Position numbers and translations under genes: made by a program
Assembly: GCA_964291415.2 (NCBI GenBank)
Contig: OZ219917.1
Location: 96,001 to 160,000 of the forward strand
DNA from: Alphaproteobacteria bacterium
Lineage (GTDB): Bacteria > Pseudomonadota > Alphaproteobacteria > SP197
Length of the DNA stretch: 64,000 nt
Reading direction: 5' to 3'
The notes under the pieces: model-generated
What the model saw: the letters and a program-made list of their open reading frames with translations, nothing else
Told to the model about the DNA's origin: nothing
Database searches by the model: none
In this document: positions 1 to 10,374 of the stretch, piece by piece
Numbering within the stretch: position 1 is the first letter of the stretch
Layout of the letters: every line of letters starts with the position of its first letter

Positions 1-1
1 A

Positions 2-415
2 TCCGAGAAGCGACATGGCGTCCCGTTCCCCGGCCCCGGCCGCCGCCTCGAGAAGGGCCCGGGCACCGTCCGGATCCGCCGGACCTCCCTTCGCCTCGAG
101 AAGCAGGCGGGCAAGGCGCACCCTCGCCCGGTCGTGTGCCTGTGCGGCAGCTTCGCCGTACCAGTGCCGCGCCTCGACCAGATCAACGGGGAAGGGACTC
201 GGGTCCCCCCACACATGACCGAATGTCGATCCGGTCTCGTAGCCATAGCCCAGGAGGAACTGCGCCTCGGCATTGCCCGCTTCGGCCTCGACGCGATACC
301 ACGTCATCGCCTCGACAAAGGTCTCGGGAACATCCGCAGCAACGGGCAGGCCCGACCATCCGGTCACCAAGGCTGCCAACACGACAAGTCGCGTGTGTCG
401 GAGGGTTCCATTCAC
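2..415 (-). CDS. Secreted Sel1-like repeat protein (runs off the left edge)
   Basis: Manual translation from GTG at 415: MNGTLRHTRLVVLAALVTGWSGLPVAA signal, then SEL1-type repeats AEAGNAEAQFLLGYGYETG...DLVEARHWYGEAAAQAHDRARVRLARLL. Absent from the ORF track because it has no stop in the window. Confidence 0.8.
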   Translation of the reverse strand, partial: MNGTLRHTRLVVLAALVTGWSGLPVAADVPETFVEAMTWYRVEAEAGNAEAQFLLGYGYETGSTFGHVWGDPSPFPVDLVEARHWYGEAAAQAHDRARVRLARLLLEAKGGPADPDGARALLEAAAGAGERDAMSLLG

Positions 416-583
416 CAGGCCCAAAACAGTCACTCCCGCCCTGATCAGCTCATCCAGGCAGCACGGCGATGCCGACAGTCCTGAAGCCTCATGAACCGGC
501 CGAGCGTTCATACTACTCTCCAACCACGGGGATTGACCACTGTTTTGACGCGCCCCGGCCAGGGGTGTCCTGATGGCGGGGCG

Positions 584-1537
584 TCAGCCGGAATCGTCAC
601 GGCCAACGAGAGTCTCCAGCAGGTGACGGGCGGCATCATCGATTCCCGTGGTGCCGTCTGCCACGGCATTGGAAAGATCGGTCAACCCGGGGTGGTGAAG
701 GGCCCGTTCACGGGCCAGCACCAAAGCCGTCTCGATGATGTCCTGGCGCAGGCCCTGCCGGGTGCGCCGTGGCGATCGCGCGCCATGATGTCCAGTATCC
801 AAGAGGAGGCCGGCAAGCTCGCCAACCCCGTCGCCGCGCGTGGCGACCGTCATGAGGACCGGAGGCACGTGTTCGCCTCTCCAGGACACTGCCGCCTCCA
901 GTGCGGCTTTCGCGGCAAGTGCACCGGGTTGATCGGCCTTGTTGACAACAATCAGGTCCACGGTCTCCAGAATCCCGGCCTTTGCCGCCTGGATGTCGTC
1001 GCCGGACCCGGACGGCCACACCAGGATGCTCCTGTCCGCCAGGCGGGTGATCCCGCTCTCGGACTGGCCCGTGCCGACCGTCTCGACGATGATGATGTCG
1101 CATCCGGCAGCATCCATGACGTCGATGACGCGTGACGTGGTCGCCGCGAGACCGTCCGGACGGCCCCTGGAGGCGTGGCTGCGGATGAAGACTCCGCGGT
1201 CGCCGGAGTGGCCGGACATGCGGATGCGGTCACCGAGAAGGGCACCCCCGGTCAGGGAACTCGACGGGTCGACGGCGAGGACCGCGACCAGCCTCGAGCG
1301 GCGGCGGAATTCCCGCACCAGGGCGTCCGTCAGCGTCGACTTCCCGGCGCCGGGAGGACCGGTCAGGCCCAGGACGAACGCATGGCCGGCTTCCATGCGC
1401 GCGGTCTCGACGATCGCGGCAGCGTCCGGATAGTCGTTCTCCACGGCGGTCACGGCACGGGCGACGGACGCGCGCTCGCCCCGCCTCATGGCGCCAACCC
1501 AGGAAGGAGTGTCCGGCGCGCAAGCAGGATCTGTCAT
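584..1537 (-). CDS. meaB: MeaB/ArgK-family GTPase (methylmalonyl-CoA mutase chaperone)
   Basis: GLTGPPGAGKST P-loop, LAVDPSS, GGALLGDRIRM, IIVETVGTGQSE, GDDIQAAKAG, VVNKAD. Confidence 0.92.
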   Translation of the reverse strand: MTDPACAPDTPSWVGAMRRGERASVARAVTAVENDYPDAAAIVETARMEAGHAFVLGLTGPPGAGKSTLTDALVREFRRRSRLVAVLAVDPSSSLTGGALLGDRIRMSGHSGDRGVFIRSHASRGRPDGLAATTSRVIDVMDAAGCDIIIVETVGTGQSESGITRLADRSILVWPSGSGDDIQAAKAGILETVDLIVVNKADQPGALAAKAALEAAVSWRGEHVPPVLMTVATRGDGVGELAGLLLDTGHHGARSPRRTRQGLRQDIIETALVLARERALHHPGLTDLSNAVADGTTGIDDAARHLLETLVGRDDSG

Positions 1538-1592
1538 GGCAGGGGAGAATACTCCTGCCGGCGGGACCGGCAACCGGCCGCCCGCCGAGCGA

Positions 1593-2012
1593 TCAGGGAT
1601 CCCCGTCCCCGAGGGACATCAGGTAGGCGATCACGTCGGCGCGATCATCCTCGTCCTTCAGCTTGAAGACCATCTTGTTGCGCACCCTGGTGGCGTCCAG
1701 GGTGTCCTTCAGGAAGGCCTTGGGATCCGCGATGTAGGCGTCCACCAGTTCCGGCGTCCACACGAGACCCGCCTCGCCGGCCTCGATCATGCTGGTGGAG
1801 AACCTGTAGTCCGCCGTCCCCGCCTGGCGCCCGAAGAGACCGAGCAGGTTCGGACCCGCCGGCTTCGTCCTCCCCGCCTCGACCGAATGGCAGGCCTTGC
1901 ACTTCCTGAACACCTTCTCGCCGCGCACGGCATCTCCCGGCGTGAAGGCCACGCTGAAGGTGGTGAACAGGATCAACGCCAGGACTCCCGGCAGCAACGC
2001 GGCTCGCATCAT
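1593..2012 (-). CDS. Cytochrome c2-like class I cytochrome c
   Basis: Signal peptide, CKACH haem motif, GPNLLGLFGRQAG, NKM axial Met region. Confidence 0.92.
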   Translation of the reverse strand: MMRAALLPGVLALILFTTFSVAFTPGDAVRGEKVFRKCKACHSVEAGRTKPAGPNLLGLFGRQAGTADYRFSTSMIEAGEAGLVWTPELVDAYIADPKAFLKDTLDATRVRNKMVFKLKDEDDRADVIAYLMSLGDGDP

Positions 2013-2203
2013 GTCTGACTCTCTTCAAAATTCTCCGAACGTTGCGACTTCGCTGGCAGGGGTTCTCAACCTTCCGTCATGAAGGGAGCGATCCCCCGGG
2101 CCGCCTACCTTGACCATCAGGAATGTCGATGTCGACTCCGCGGCTCTTGCCGTTCAGGGCCGGGTGCCGCAGGGCACCCGAGTTGCCGTGAAAGGCCCCA
2201 TCA

Positions 2204-2230
2204 TTGACAAACCATTGAGCGTGGTTCAAT
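2204..2230 (+). promoter_or_regulatory. Possible sigma70 promoter/operator upstream of the catabolic operon
   Basis: TTGACA (2204-2209), 15 nt, TTCAAT, with internal dyad AACCA...TGGTT; spacing is suboptimal. Confidence 0.3.
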
Positions 2231-2271
2231 CCCGGGTGTGGTGTCGTGTTAGCTTAGCCAACGGTGATCGG

Positions 2272-2643
2272 ATGGTCTCTGCCAAACGCTCTCGACAACG
2301 CAAGCAGACCGGCAGGGAAGACGTGCAGTCGGCCCGGAACCTCGTCGAGTTCGAGGTTGATCGTCCTGGCAGTCATGAGCCGTCGTCCGACCTCGCGATC
2401 GGCCAGGAGCTGCGATACCGGGACCTGACCGGCGTGACGCTCGCCGGTCTCTCAGGCATGGCGGTCAGGATTGAGAAAGGGAGCTTGGCGCCCTCGATCC
2501 AGACGCGCGTGCGCACGGCCGACGCGCTCGAGGTCCCCACCTCGATGGTCTTCCATCGCCCGAACAGGCGCCCGTCGGCCAACGTCGTGCCTTCGGGCAA
2601 CGGACGGGTGATCGACCGCAGCGGGACACGGCACCGCGCATGA
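2272..2643 (+). pseudogene. Degenerate XRE-family HTH regulator
   Basis: LAIGQELR...LAGLSG...RIEKGSLAPSIQT...ADALEVP resembles an HTH_3 domain with deletions; no effector domain follows. Confidence 0.5.
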
Positions 2644-4718
2644 CCCGGGATCCGCGCCACGACGTTCTCTTCGAGCCGGTGCGCATCGGACCGGTCACGG
2701 CGCCGAATCGCTTCTATCAGACTCCCCAGTGCAGCGGCATGGGGCGGAACTACCCCTCGTCGTGGGCCGTGATGCGCGGCATCAAGGCCGAGGGTGGCTG
2801 GGGGGTGGTCTTCGCCGAACAGTGCGACTTTCATCACAGCACCGACAACCCGCGCAACGTGCGCCTGTGGGATGCGCAGGACCTCGGCATCGTCACCCGC
2901 ATGGTCGAGGAGGTGCACGCCCACGGCAGCCTCGCCGGCCTCATGCTGGCGCACAACGGCTTCGTCACGCCCAACCTGATCAGCCGCGAAACGCCCCTGG
3001 CGCCCTCGATGATACCGTTGTTCGGCACCGCTCCCGGTCATGCCCGTCCGCTCGACAGGGCCGACATCCGCACACTGCGCCAGGCGCACCGAAGCGCCGC
3101 GCTGCTCGCCTGCGAGGCAGGCTTCGACATCGTCAACGTCTATGCCGGCCATGACCTGGCGCTGCCCATGCACTTCATCGCGAAACGCTACAATCAACGC
3201 AGTGACGAATACGGCGGAAGTCTCGCGAACCGTGTGCGCCTGCTGCGGGAGCTGATCGAGGACACCAGGGAGGCGATCGGCCACCGCTGCGCCGTCGGCG
3301 TGCGCTTCGCGGTCGACGAGATGGTGGGCGAGGCCGGACTCACCTGCGAGGGCGAGGGCCGCGAGGTCGTCGAGATGCTGGCGGAGCTGCCGGATATCTG
3401 GGATGTCAACGTGTCGCCATGGGCCAACGACTCGATCACGTCACGCTTCGGCGAGGAGGGTTCCCAGGAACGCTATGTCGCCTTCGTCAAGCAGCTGACG
3501 ACGAAGCCCGTTGTCGGGGTCGGACGGTTCACCAGTCCGGACACCATGGTCTCGCAGATCAGGCGCGGCATCCTCGACATGATCGGCGCGGCGCGCCCGA
3601 CGATCGCCGATCCCTTCCTGCCGCGCAAGATCGAGGAAGGGCGGCCGGAAGACATCCGCGAGTGCATCGGCTGCAATGTCTGCACCACCAACAACTACCT
3701 GATGGTGCCGATTCGCTGTACCCAGAACCCGACGATGGGCGAAGAGTGGCGCCGCGGCTGGCACCCGGAGCGCATCCCCGCGAAGTCGACGGACGACAGC
3801 ATCCTGATCGTCGGTGCCGGTCCCGCCGGCCTTGAGGCGGCCCGTGCCCTGGGCCAGCGGGGTTACGATGTCATGCTCGCCGAGGCGACCCGCGAGCCGG
3901 GCGGCCGGGTGAGCCGCGAATCGCGCCTGCCCGGACTTGCCGCCTGGGCGCGCGTGCGCGACTGGCGTCTGGGTCAGATCGCCAAGATGGCCCATGTCGA
4001 GATGTTCCTCGAGAGTCCCATGACGGCCGCCGACGTGCTGGAGACCGGCGCAACGCTCGTCGGCGTCGCGACCGGCGCATCCTGGCGGCGTGACGGAGTC
4101 GGCCGCCACCACCGCAGCCCGGTGCCAGGCATCGAACGTCCACACGTCATGACACCGGACGATCTCATGGACGGACGAGAGATCGCGGGCCACGTCGTGA
4201 TCTGGGACGACGATCACTACTACATGGCGAGCGTGCTCGCCGAACTGCTCGTCGAAGCGGGCTCTACCGTGACCATCGTCACACCCCAGGCGTCGGTCGC
4301 GGCCTACACGCACTACACCCTGGAGCTCGATCACATTCACCGCCGCCTGGGCCAACTCGGTGCCGCCATCGTCGGCCACCATGCCGTGACGCGCATCGCC
4401 GAAGGTGGCGTGGATCTTGCGAACGTCCACGGCGGGTCCGGTTCCGCGCTCGACTGCGACGGCGTGGTGATGGTGACGGGCCAGGTGCCGAACGACGCCC
4501 TTTGCCGGGAACTCGCGGCCCTGGCGCAAGCGCCGCGTCCGGTCGCCTTTGGCGACTGTCTCGCACCGTCTGTCATCGCGGCGGCGGTCTTTGCAGGTCA
4601 CCGCTTCGCCCGCGACCTCAATTTCGATCTCGCCTCCACCACGCCCTTCCTGCGCGAGGACGTCGCGATGGCGCCGCGACCGCCCCGGGAGCGCCTCGCC
4701 GTCCCGGGTGGCGGCTGA
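2640..4718 (+). CDS. Trimethylamine/dimethylamine/histamine dehydrogenase-family flavoprotein (OYE barrel, 4Fe-4S)
   Basis: N-terminus RDPRHDVLFEPVRIGPVTAPNRFYQTPQC matches the TMADH pattern including the FMN-linking Cys; CIGCNVC...CTQNP cluster motif; GAGPAGLEAA. Confidence 0.88.
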   Translation: MTRDPRHDVLFEPVRIGPVTAPNRFYQTPQCSGMGRNYPSSWAVMRGIKAEGGWGVVFAEQCDFHHSTDNPRNVRLWDAQDLGIVTRMVEEVHAHGSLAGLMLAHNGFVTPNLISRETPLAPSMIPLFGTAPGHARPLDRADIRTLRQAHRSAALLACEAGFDIVNVYAGHDLALPMHFIAKRYNQRSDEYGGSLANRVRLLRELIEDTREAIGHRCAVGVRFAVDEMVGEAGLTCEGEGREVVEMLAELPDIWDVNVSPWANDSITSRFGEEGSQERYVAFVKQLTTKPVVGVGRFTSPDTMVSQIRRGILDMIGAARPTIADPFLPRKIEEGRPEDIRECIGCNVCTTNNYLMVPIRCTQNPTMGEEWRRGWHPERIPAKSTDDSILIVGAGPAGLEAARALGQRGYDVMLAEATREPGGRVSRESRLPGLAAWARVRDWRLGQIAKMAHVEMFLESPMTAADVLETGATLVGVATGASWRRDGVGRHHRSPVPGIERPHVMTPDDLMDGREIAGHVVIWDDDHYYMASVLAELLVEAGSTVTIVTPQASVAAYTHYTLELDHIHRRLGQLGAAIVGHHAVTRIAEGGVDLANVHGGSGSALDCDGVVMVTGQVPNDALCRELAALAQAPRPVAFGDCLAPSVIAAAVFAGHRFARDLNFDLASTTPFLREDVAMAPRPPRERLAVPGGG

Positions 4719-4721
4719 CAG

Positions 4722-5864
4722 ATGACCGGGGCCGCCAGACCCGAACTCCCGCTCGCCGGCCACACGGTGGTCGAGATCGGCTCCTCGGTCGCCGCGCCCT
4801 ACGCGACATGGATCCTCGGCATGCTGGGCGCCGACGTGATCAAGGTGGAGAACGCCGAAGGCGGCGACGACGCCCGGCGCTGGGGCCGCATGTTGCCAGA
4901 CGGACGGTCGTCCTTCTTCCTGGCGCTCAATGGCAACAAGCGCTCGGTGCGGGTCAACCTCAAGGACGAGGCCGACCACGCCTGGCTCGCCCGTTCGTGC
5001 GCCGGGGCCGACGTCGTCGTGCAGAACATGCGGCCCAACAAGATCGCGCGCTACGGTCTCGACGGTCCCTCGCTGGTCGCGGCCAACACGCGCCTGGTCT
5101 ACTGCAACCTCGGCGCCTTCGGCGCCACGGGACCCATGAAGGACCGGCCCGGCTACGATCCCTTGATGCAGGCCGCAGGTGGCATCATGAGCGTCACCGG
5201 CGAGCCTGACCGGCCGCCCGTGCGCGTCGGCGTGTCGATCGTCGACATGGGAACGGGCATGTGGTGCGGCATCGGCATCCTTGCCGCGCTCTACGCGCGC
5301 AGGGAGACCGGGCGGGGCTGCATCGTCGATGCCTCGCTCTACGAGACCGCGCTCGGCTGGGTCGCGAACCAGGCCGCCATGGTGCAGGTGGACGGCGTCA
5401 ACCCGGAAAGGGTCGGCTCGGGCGCGCGTGGCCTGGCGCCCTACCAGGCCTATCGCTGCCGTGACGGCTGGCTGGTGGTGAGCGCACCCAACGACCGTCT
5501 CTTCGAACGGCTTGCCGGAGTGCTCGGTCATCCAGAGTGGCCAGGGGACGAACGCTTCTCCGGCAACCAGGAGCGCTACGCCAATCTCGGCGATCTCAAT
5601 GCGCTCATCGAGCCGATCCTCGCGGCCCGGACCCGCGATCACTGGATCGGCGTGCTCGATGACGCAGGCGTGCCCTGCGCGCCGGTGCGGGAGATCACCG
5701 AGATGCTGGCCGATCCGCAGACTGAAGCTCTCGGCATCCTCCAGCGTCTGGGCGCCGAGATTCCGCTGATGGGCCTGCCGCTCAGTTTCGACGGTATCCG
5801 GCCGCCGCTGCGCAGCTTGCCGCCGGATTTCGGCGAGCACGACGCACTGAAGGAGGAGAAATGA
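4722..5864 (+). CDS. Class III (CaiB/BaiF) CoA-transferase
   Basis: LGADVIKVE, NGNKRSV, RPGYDPLMQA, catalytic Asp in SIVDMGTG. Confidence 0.93.
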   Translation: MTGAARPELPLAGHTVVEIGSSVAAPYATWILGMLGADVIKVENAEGGDDARRWGRMLPDGRSSFFLALNGNKRSVRVNLKDEADHAWLARSCAGADVVVQNMRPNKIARYGLDGPSLVAANTRLVYCNLGAFGATGPMKDRPGYDPLMQAAGGIMSVTGEPDRPPVRVGVSIVDMGTGMWCGIGILAALYARRETGRGCIVDASLYETALGWVANQAAMVQVDGVNPERVGSGARGLAPYQAYRCRDGWLVVSAPNDRLFERLAGVLGHPEWPGDERFSGNQERYANLGDLNALIEPILAARTRDHWIGVLDDAGVPCAPVREITEMLADPQTEALGILQRLGAEIPLMGLPLSFDGIRPPLRSLPPDFGEHDALKEEK

Positions 5865-6655
5865 GGAGCGATTTCGAAACGCTGACGCTCGAGCGCGTGG
5901 GCGATCACGTGCTGCTGGTCACGCTCAACCGTCCGGAGGTGCTGAACGCGACCAACACGACGATGGGCCGCGAACGCCTGGAGCTCTTCGGCGGCCTCTA
6001 CGTCGACCAGGAGGACGTGCGCTCAATCGTGCTGACCGGCGCCGGCCAGAGGGCGTTCAGCGCCGGTGGCGATCTCAAGGAACGCAAGGGCATGTCGGAT
6101 GCCGACTGGCGCCGCCAGCACGCGATCTTCGAGCAGGGCGCCATGGCGCTCAAGCAGTGCCCCGTGCCGGTGATCGCGGCGGTCAATGGCGTGGCTTTCG
6201 GCGGCGGCTGCGAAACCGTGCTCTCCTGCGACTTCGCCTATGCCTCGTCGACCGCGATGTTTGCGCTGACCGAGGTGAAGATCGGCATCCTGCCGGGCAC
6301 CATGGGCACCCAGCAGCTGCCGCGCGCCGTGGGCGAGAGACGGGCCAAGGAGATCCTGATGACCGGCATGCCGTTCACGGCCGGGGAGGCTTTCGCGTGG
6401 GGACTGGTCAACCGCGTGTGCGAGCCCGACCGCCTGCTGGAGGAGGCACTCGAGACCGCGAGAGTGATCGCCGGCAACGCGCCGCTCGCCGTGCAGCGCA
6501 TCAAGCGCGCCGCCGGCGTCGCAGGCGATCTTGACCTCGCCTCCGGCTTCCAGTTCGAGCTGGAGGCCTACAACAGGCTGGTCGTCACCGAGGACCGCCA
6601 GGAGGGCGTCAACGCCTTCAACGAGAAACGCAAACCGCAGTTCAGGGGCAGGTGA
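5861..6655 (+). CDS. Enoyl-CoA hydratase/isomerase
   Basis: AFSAGGDLKE, AAVNGVAFGGGCE, TEVKIGILPG; ATGA overlap with the upstream gene. Confidence 0.93.
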   Translation: MRSDFETLTLERVGDHVLLVTLNRPEVLNATNTTMGRERLELFGGLYVDQEDVRSIVLTGAGQRAFSAGGDLKERKGMSDADWRRQHAIFEQGAMALKQCPVPVIAAVNGVAFGGGCETVLSCDFAYASSTAMFALTEVKIGILPGTMGTQQLPRAVGERRAKEILMTGMPFTAGEAFAWGLVNRVCEPDRLLEEALETARVIAGNAPLAVQRIKRAAGVAGDLDLASGFQFELEAYNRLVVTEDRQEGVNAFNEKRKPQFRGR

Positions 6656-6656
6656 G

Positions 6657-7601
6657 ATGAGCGAGATCGATGTCGTCGTCCAGGAGGTCGGTCCGCGGGA
6701 CGGGCTGCAGAATGTCGAGCGGACCATGCCGACGGATGCCAAGATGGAGTGGATCGGCGCGGTCTGCGAGGCGGGCGTCCCGCAAGTCCAGGTCGGCAGC
6801 TTTGTGCCGCCCAGGCTGATTCCGCAGCTTGCCGACACCGCCGAGATCGTCCGGCGTACGCGTGAAGGCTGGCCCCGGGTGGCCCTCTCCGTGCTGATTC
6901 CGAACCTGAAAGGCGCCGAGCTCGCCTTGCCGACCGGGCCCGACCAGGTGGCCTTCGTGCTCTCTGCCTCGGCCGCCCACAACGAGCGCAACGTGCGCCG
7001 CCCCGTCGACGAGTCGCTTGCCGACTTCGCCCGCATCGTGGCGCTGCGCAACGAGCTCGATCCCCGGCGCCGCGTGAAGGTATCGGGCGGCATCGCGACG
7101 GCGTTCGGCTGCACCATGCAGGGAGAGGTGCCGGAGGCGGAGGTTCTGCGCCTGGCCGTGACGCTGGCCGAGGCCGGCGCCGACCGCATCGGCATCGCCG
7201 ACACCGTGGGCTACGCCAACCCCGGGCAGGTGCGGCGTGTGTTCACGGATGTGCGGGCGGCCATCGGCCCCGAGATTGCGCTCGGCGCGCACTTCCACGA
7301 CACCCGCGGTCTCGGACTCGCCAACGTGCTGGCCGCGCTGGAGGCGGGCGTGCGCCAGTTCGACGGCGGCATGGGCGGCCTCGGCGGCTGTCCCTATGCG
7401 CCCGGCGCCACCGGCAACATCGTCACGGAGGATCTCGTCTTCATGCTCGAATCCATGGGGCTCAGAACAGGCATCGACCTCGAGAGGCTGGTCGCTGCGC
7501 GGCGCATCATGGAAGCGCACCTGCCGGGCGAGCCGACCCATGGCACCTTTGTCAAGGCCGGCGCGCCCAAGGGCTTCGTGCCCGCGAGCCGGGCGGCCTG
7601 A
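6657..7601 (+). CDS. Hydroxymethylglutaryl-CoA lyase family
   Basis: EVGPRDGLQN, IADTVG, HFHDTRG, GGLGGCPYAPGATGN. Confidence 0.93.
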   Translation: MSEIDVVVQEVGPRDGLQNVERTMPTDAKMEWIGAVCEAGVPQVQVGSFVPPRLIPQLADTAEIVRRTREGWPRVALSVLIPNLKGAELALPTGPDQVAFVLSASAAHNERNVRRPVDESLADFARIVALRNELDPRRRVKVSGGIATAFGCTMQGEVPEAEVLRLAVTLAEAGADRIGIADTVGYANPGQVRRVFTDVRAAIGPEIALGAHFHDTRGLGLANVLAALEAGVRQFDGGMGGLGGCPYAPGATGNIVTEDLVFMLESMGLRTGIDLERLVAARRIMEAHLPGEPTHGTFVKAGAPKGFVPASRAA

Positions 7602-7603
7602 CC

Positions 7604-8788
7604 ATGGCGGAGATGCCGGTGATGGAGCTCGGCGAGGACTATCCCGAGCTGCGCCGCCAGGTGATGCGACTGTGTGCCCGCTTTCCCGGGGAGTACTGGC
7701 GCGAGCTCGAAAGGCAGCCGGTCGACACGTCCTATCCCACGGCATTCATCGACGCCATGACCGAGGCAGGCTATCTCGCCGCGCTGATCCCCGAAGACTA
7801 CGGCGGGTCGGGCCTGCCGCTGCGCGCCGGCGCCGTGATCCTCGAGACGGTCAACCGCTGCGGCGGCAGCGCCGCGGCCGGTCATGCCCAGATGTACACG
7901 ATGGGCACGGTGCTGCGGCATGGCAGCGACGCGCAGAAACGAAAGTACCTGCCCAGGATTGCCTCGGGCGAACTGCGCCTGCAGGCCTTCGGCGTCACCG
8001 AGCCGGCGTCGGGTTCGGACACGACGCAGATCGCCACGCGGGCCGAACGCACGAACGAAGGCTACGTCATCAACGGACAGAAGGTCTGGATCAGCCGCGC
8101 ACTGCACTCCGACCTGATGCTGCTGCTTGCGCGCACGACGCCGCTCGCCGACGTCGAGAAGCGACACCACGGCATCTCGACGTTCCTGATCGATCTCCGG
8201 GATGCGCAACGCAACGGCTGCACGATCCGTCCCATCGACGCCATGATCAATCACAACACCACCGAGGTGTTCTTCGACAACGTCGTGGTGCCCCACGATG
8301 CGCTGATCGGCGAGGAAGGCCGGGGGTTCCGCTACATCCTCGACGGCATGAACGCCGAGCGTTGCCTGACGGCATCGGAGGCGATCGGCAACGGCCGCTA
8401 CTTTGTCGACAAGGCCGTGGCCTACGCCAGCGAGCGCGTCGTGTTCGGCCGGGCCATCGGCCAGAACCAGGGCATACAGTTCCCGATCGCCGAGGCCCAC
8501 ACGCATCTCGAGGCGGCCGAGCTGATGGTGCGCAGAGCCACGGCGCTGTTCGACGCCGGCGAGCCCTGCGGCGCCGAGGCCAACATGGCGCGCTATCTCT
8601 CGTCGAAGGCGGCCTGGGACTGTGCCGAGGCCTGCTTCACGGCCCATGGCGGCTTCGCCTTCGCCCGCGAGTACGACATCGAGCGCAAGTGGCGCGAGGC
8701 GCGCCTGTCGCGCACCGCGCCCATCTCACCCAACCTGATCCTGAGCTTCATCGCCCAGCACGTTCTGGGCCTCCCCAGGTCGTACTGA
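7604..8788 (+). CDS. Acyl-CoA dehydrogenase
   Basis: IPEDYGGSG, FGVTEPASGSD, INGQKVWIS, HGGFAFAREYDIER, VLGLPRSY. Confidence 0.93.
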   Translation: MAEMPVMELGEDYPELRRQVMRLCARFPGEYWRELERQPVDTSYPTAFIDAMTEAGYLAALIPEDYGGSGLPLRAGAVILETVNRCGGSAAAGHAQMYTMGTVLRHGSDAQKRKYLPRIASGELRLQAFGVTEPASGSDTTQIATRAERTNEGYVINGQKVWISRALHSDLMLLLARTTPLADVEKRHHGISTFLIDLRDAQRNGCTIRPIDAMINHNTTEVFFDNVVVPHDALIGEEGRGFRYILDGMNAERCLTASEAIGNGRYFVDKAVAYASERVVFGRAIGQNQGIQFPIAEAHTHLEAAELMVRRATALFDAGEPCGAEANMARYLSSKAAWDCAEACFTAHGGFAFAREYDIERKWREARLSRTAPISPNLILSFIAQHVLGLPRSY

Positions 8789-9018
8789 TGACCGCGCCTG
8801 GCCAGATCTCCGGTCCCCGGTTGGCGCGCGGCGAACCCGAAGGGCCATCGATCCGCGGCCGGTCCTCCGACGCACCCTCCATGCTCGAGTTTGATGCCGC
8901 CTCCGCCGGTACCTGTGATACGATTCCTGGCGAGTGGAGCCTGCCGGCGGGCCAGGGACCGGAATGCCCGCTGCGGACGTGTTGAACCCTGACCGACCGC
9001 CTGAGGGAAGACGACAGG

Positions 9019-10137
9019 ATGGCCATGTTCAAAGCTCGCGACCTCGGTATCGACATCGAGGAGATCGATCGGCGCCTGGCGGACAACTGGAGCCTGCCGA
9101 CCCGGTTCTACTGGGATCCGGACATCTTCGATCTCGAGATGGAGGCGATCTTCGCCAGGAACTGGCTCTACTTCGGGTCCGTGCACCAGGTCGCCAGGCC
9201 CGGTGACGTCGTGGTGCGCCGACTGGGACGCTGGCCGATCGTCGTGACGCGGGACAGGACCGGCAAGCTGCGGGCCTTCCTCAACATCTGCCGCCACCGC
9301 GGCTACACGGTGGTGGAGAGCAGCAGGTCGAACTGCCTCAGGCTTGCGTGCCGCTACCACGGCTGGTCCTACCATCTCGACGGGACCCTGGCGCACGCGC
9401 CGGATGCCGCGGGCGAGGCCGGTTTCTGCAAGGACGAGCTGGGCCTCACGGCGATCGCGATCGAGCAATGGGGGCCGGCGCTCTTCGTCAATCCCGATGC
9501 CGGGGCCGAACCGATCGCGACATTCTGGGGCAAGGGCTACACCAGAAGCGACGCCGAGGGCCTCGCCCCCGACGCGGAAGAATTCGAGCTCGTGCGCGAG
9601 GTGATCTACGACGTCCGGACCAACTGGAAGCTGTGGTACGACAATGGCGCGGAGTGCTACCACTGCGCCCTGATCCACGGCGAGTCCTTCGCCAACGCCT
9701 ACCAGTCGGATGCCGGCACCTACGAGACCGAGACCGGCCCCAACTTCAGCTTCAACATGTACCACGGCAAGCCGCGCAGGGGCGCCAACGCCGGCCCGGC
9801 GAGCGACAATCCGGTGTTGCAGGCCTTCCCCGGCTTCGTCGGCTTCCGGGACGGCGACATCCTGCACCATGCCGGCATGGTGCCGGTCGCGCCGGACCGC
9901 ACCTGCCACGTCACCCACTACTACGCGCGGCCCGGCACGGACCCCGACTACGTCGCGTCGTGGTGCGACCTCTGGGACCAGACCTACCGCGAGGACAACG
10001 TGGTGACCGCGGATCAGCACCGCAATCTGGCGTCGGCCCTGCAACCCTGGAATCGCTATGTCGCGAGCCGCGAAGCCGGCGCCCAGCACATCAGCCGGGA
10101 AATCTGGCGCCATTGCAGGACCGCGCTTGAAGCCTGA
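9019..10137 (+). CDS. Rieske non-haem iron oxygenase alpha subunit (choline monooxygenase/CntA-like group)
   Basis: CRHRG...CRYHGW Rieske motif; NWK...ECYHCALIH mononuclear Fe site; RED. Confidence 0.9.
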   Translation: MAMFKARDLGIDIEEIDRRLADNWSLPTRFYWDPDIFDLEMEAIFARNWLYFGSVHQVARPGDVVVRRLGRWPIVVTRDRTGKLRAFLNICRHRGYTVVESSRSNCLRLACRYHGWSYHLDGTLAHAPDAAGEAGFCKDELGLTAIAIEQWGPALFVNPDAGAEPIATFWGKGYTRSDAEGLAPDAEEFELVREVIYDVRTNWKLWYDNGAECYHCALIHGESFANAYQSDAGTYETETGPNFSFNMYHGKPRRGANAGPASDNPVLQAFPGFVGFRDGDILHHAGMVPVAPDRTCHVTHYYARPGTDPDYVASWCDLWDQTYREDNVVTADQHRNLASALQPWNRYVASREAGAQHISREIWRHCRTALEA

Positions 10138-10374
10138 CGTCCCGCATCCCTCGAGGCCGAGGTTCACGATCAATTCCGGGCGTCTTCGAAGACGAGAACG
10201 TCACGCATGAGCCAGCTCCCGAAACTCCCTTGCGGCCAGGACGGACCCGCGCTGGTCTGGAAGACACAGGCACGCCGAAGGCTGCCGGGTGACTTGCCAT
10301 CGGACCGGCCTCTATGGTCTAGATGGCGACAGCCGCAACAGTCGGGCAGGCGCACGATTTAAGGAGACGAGGTG

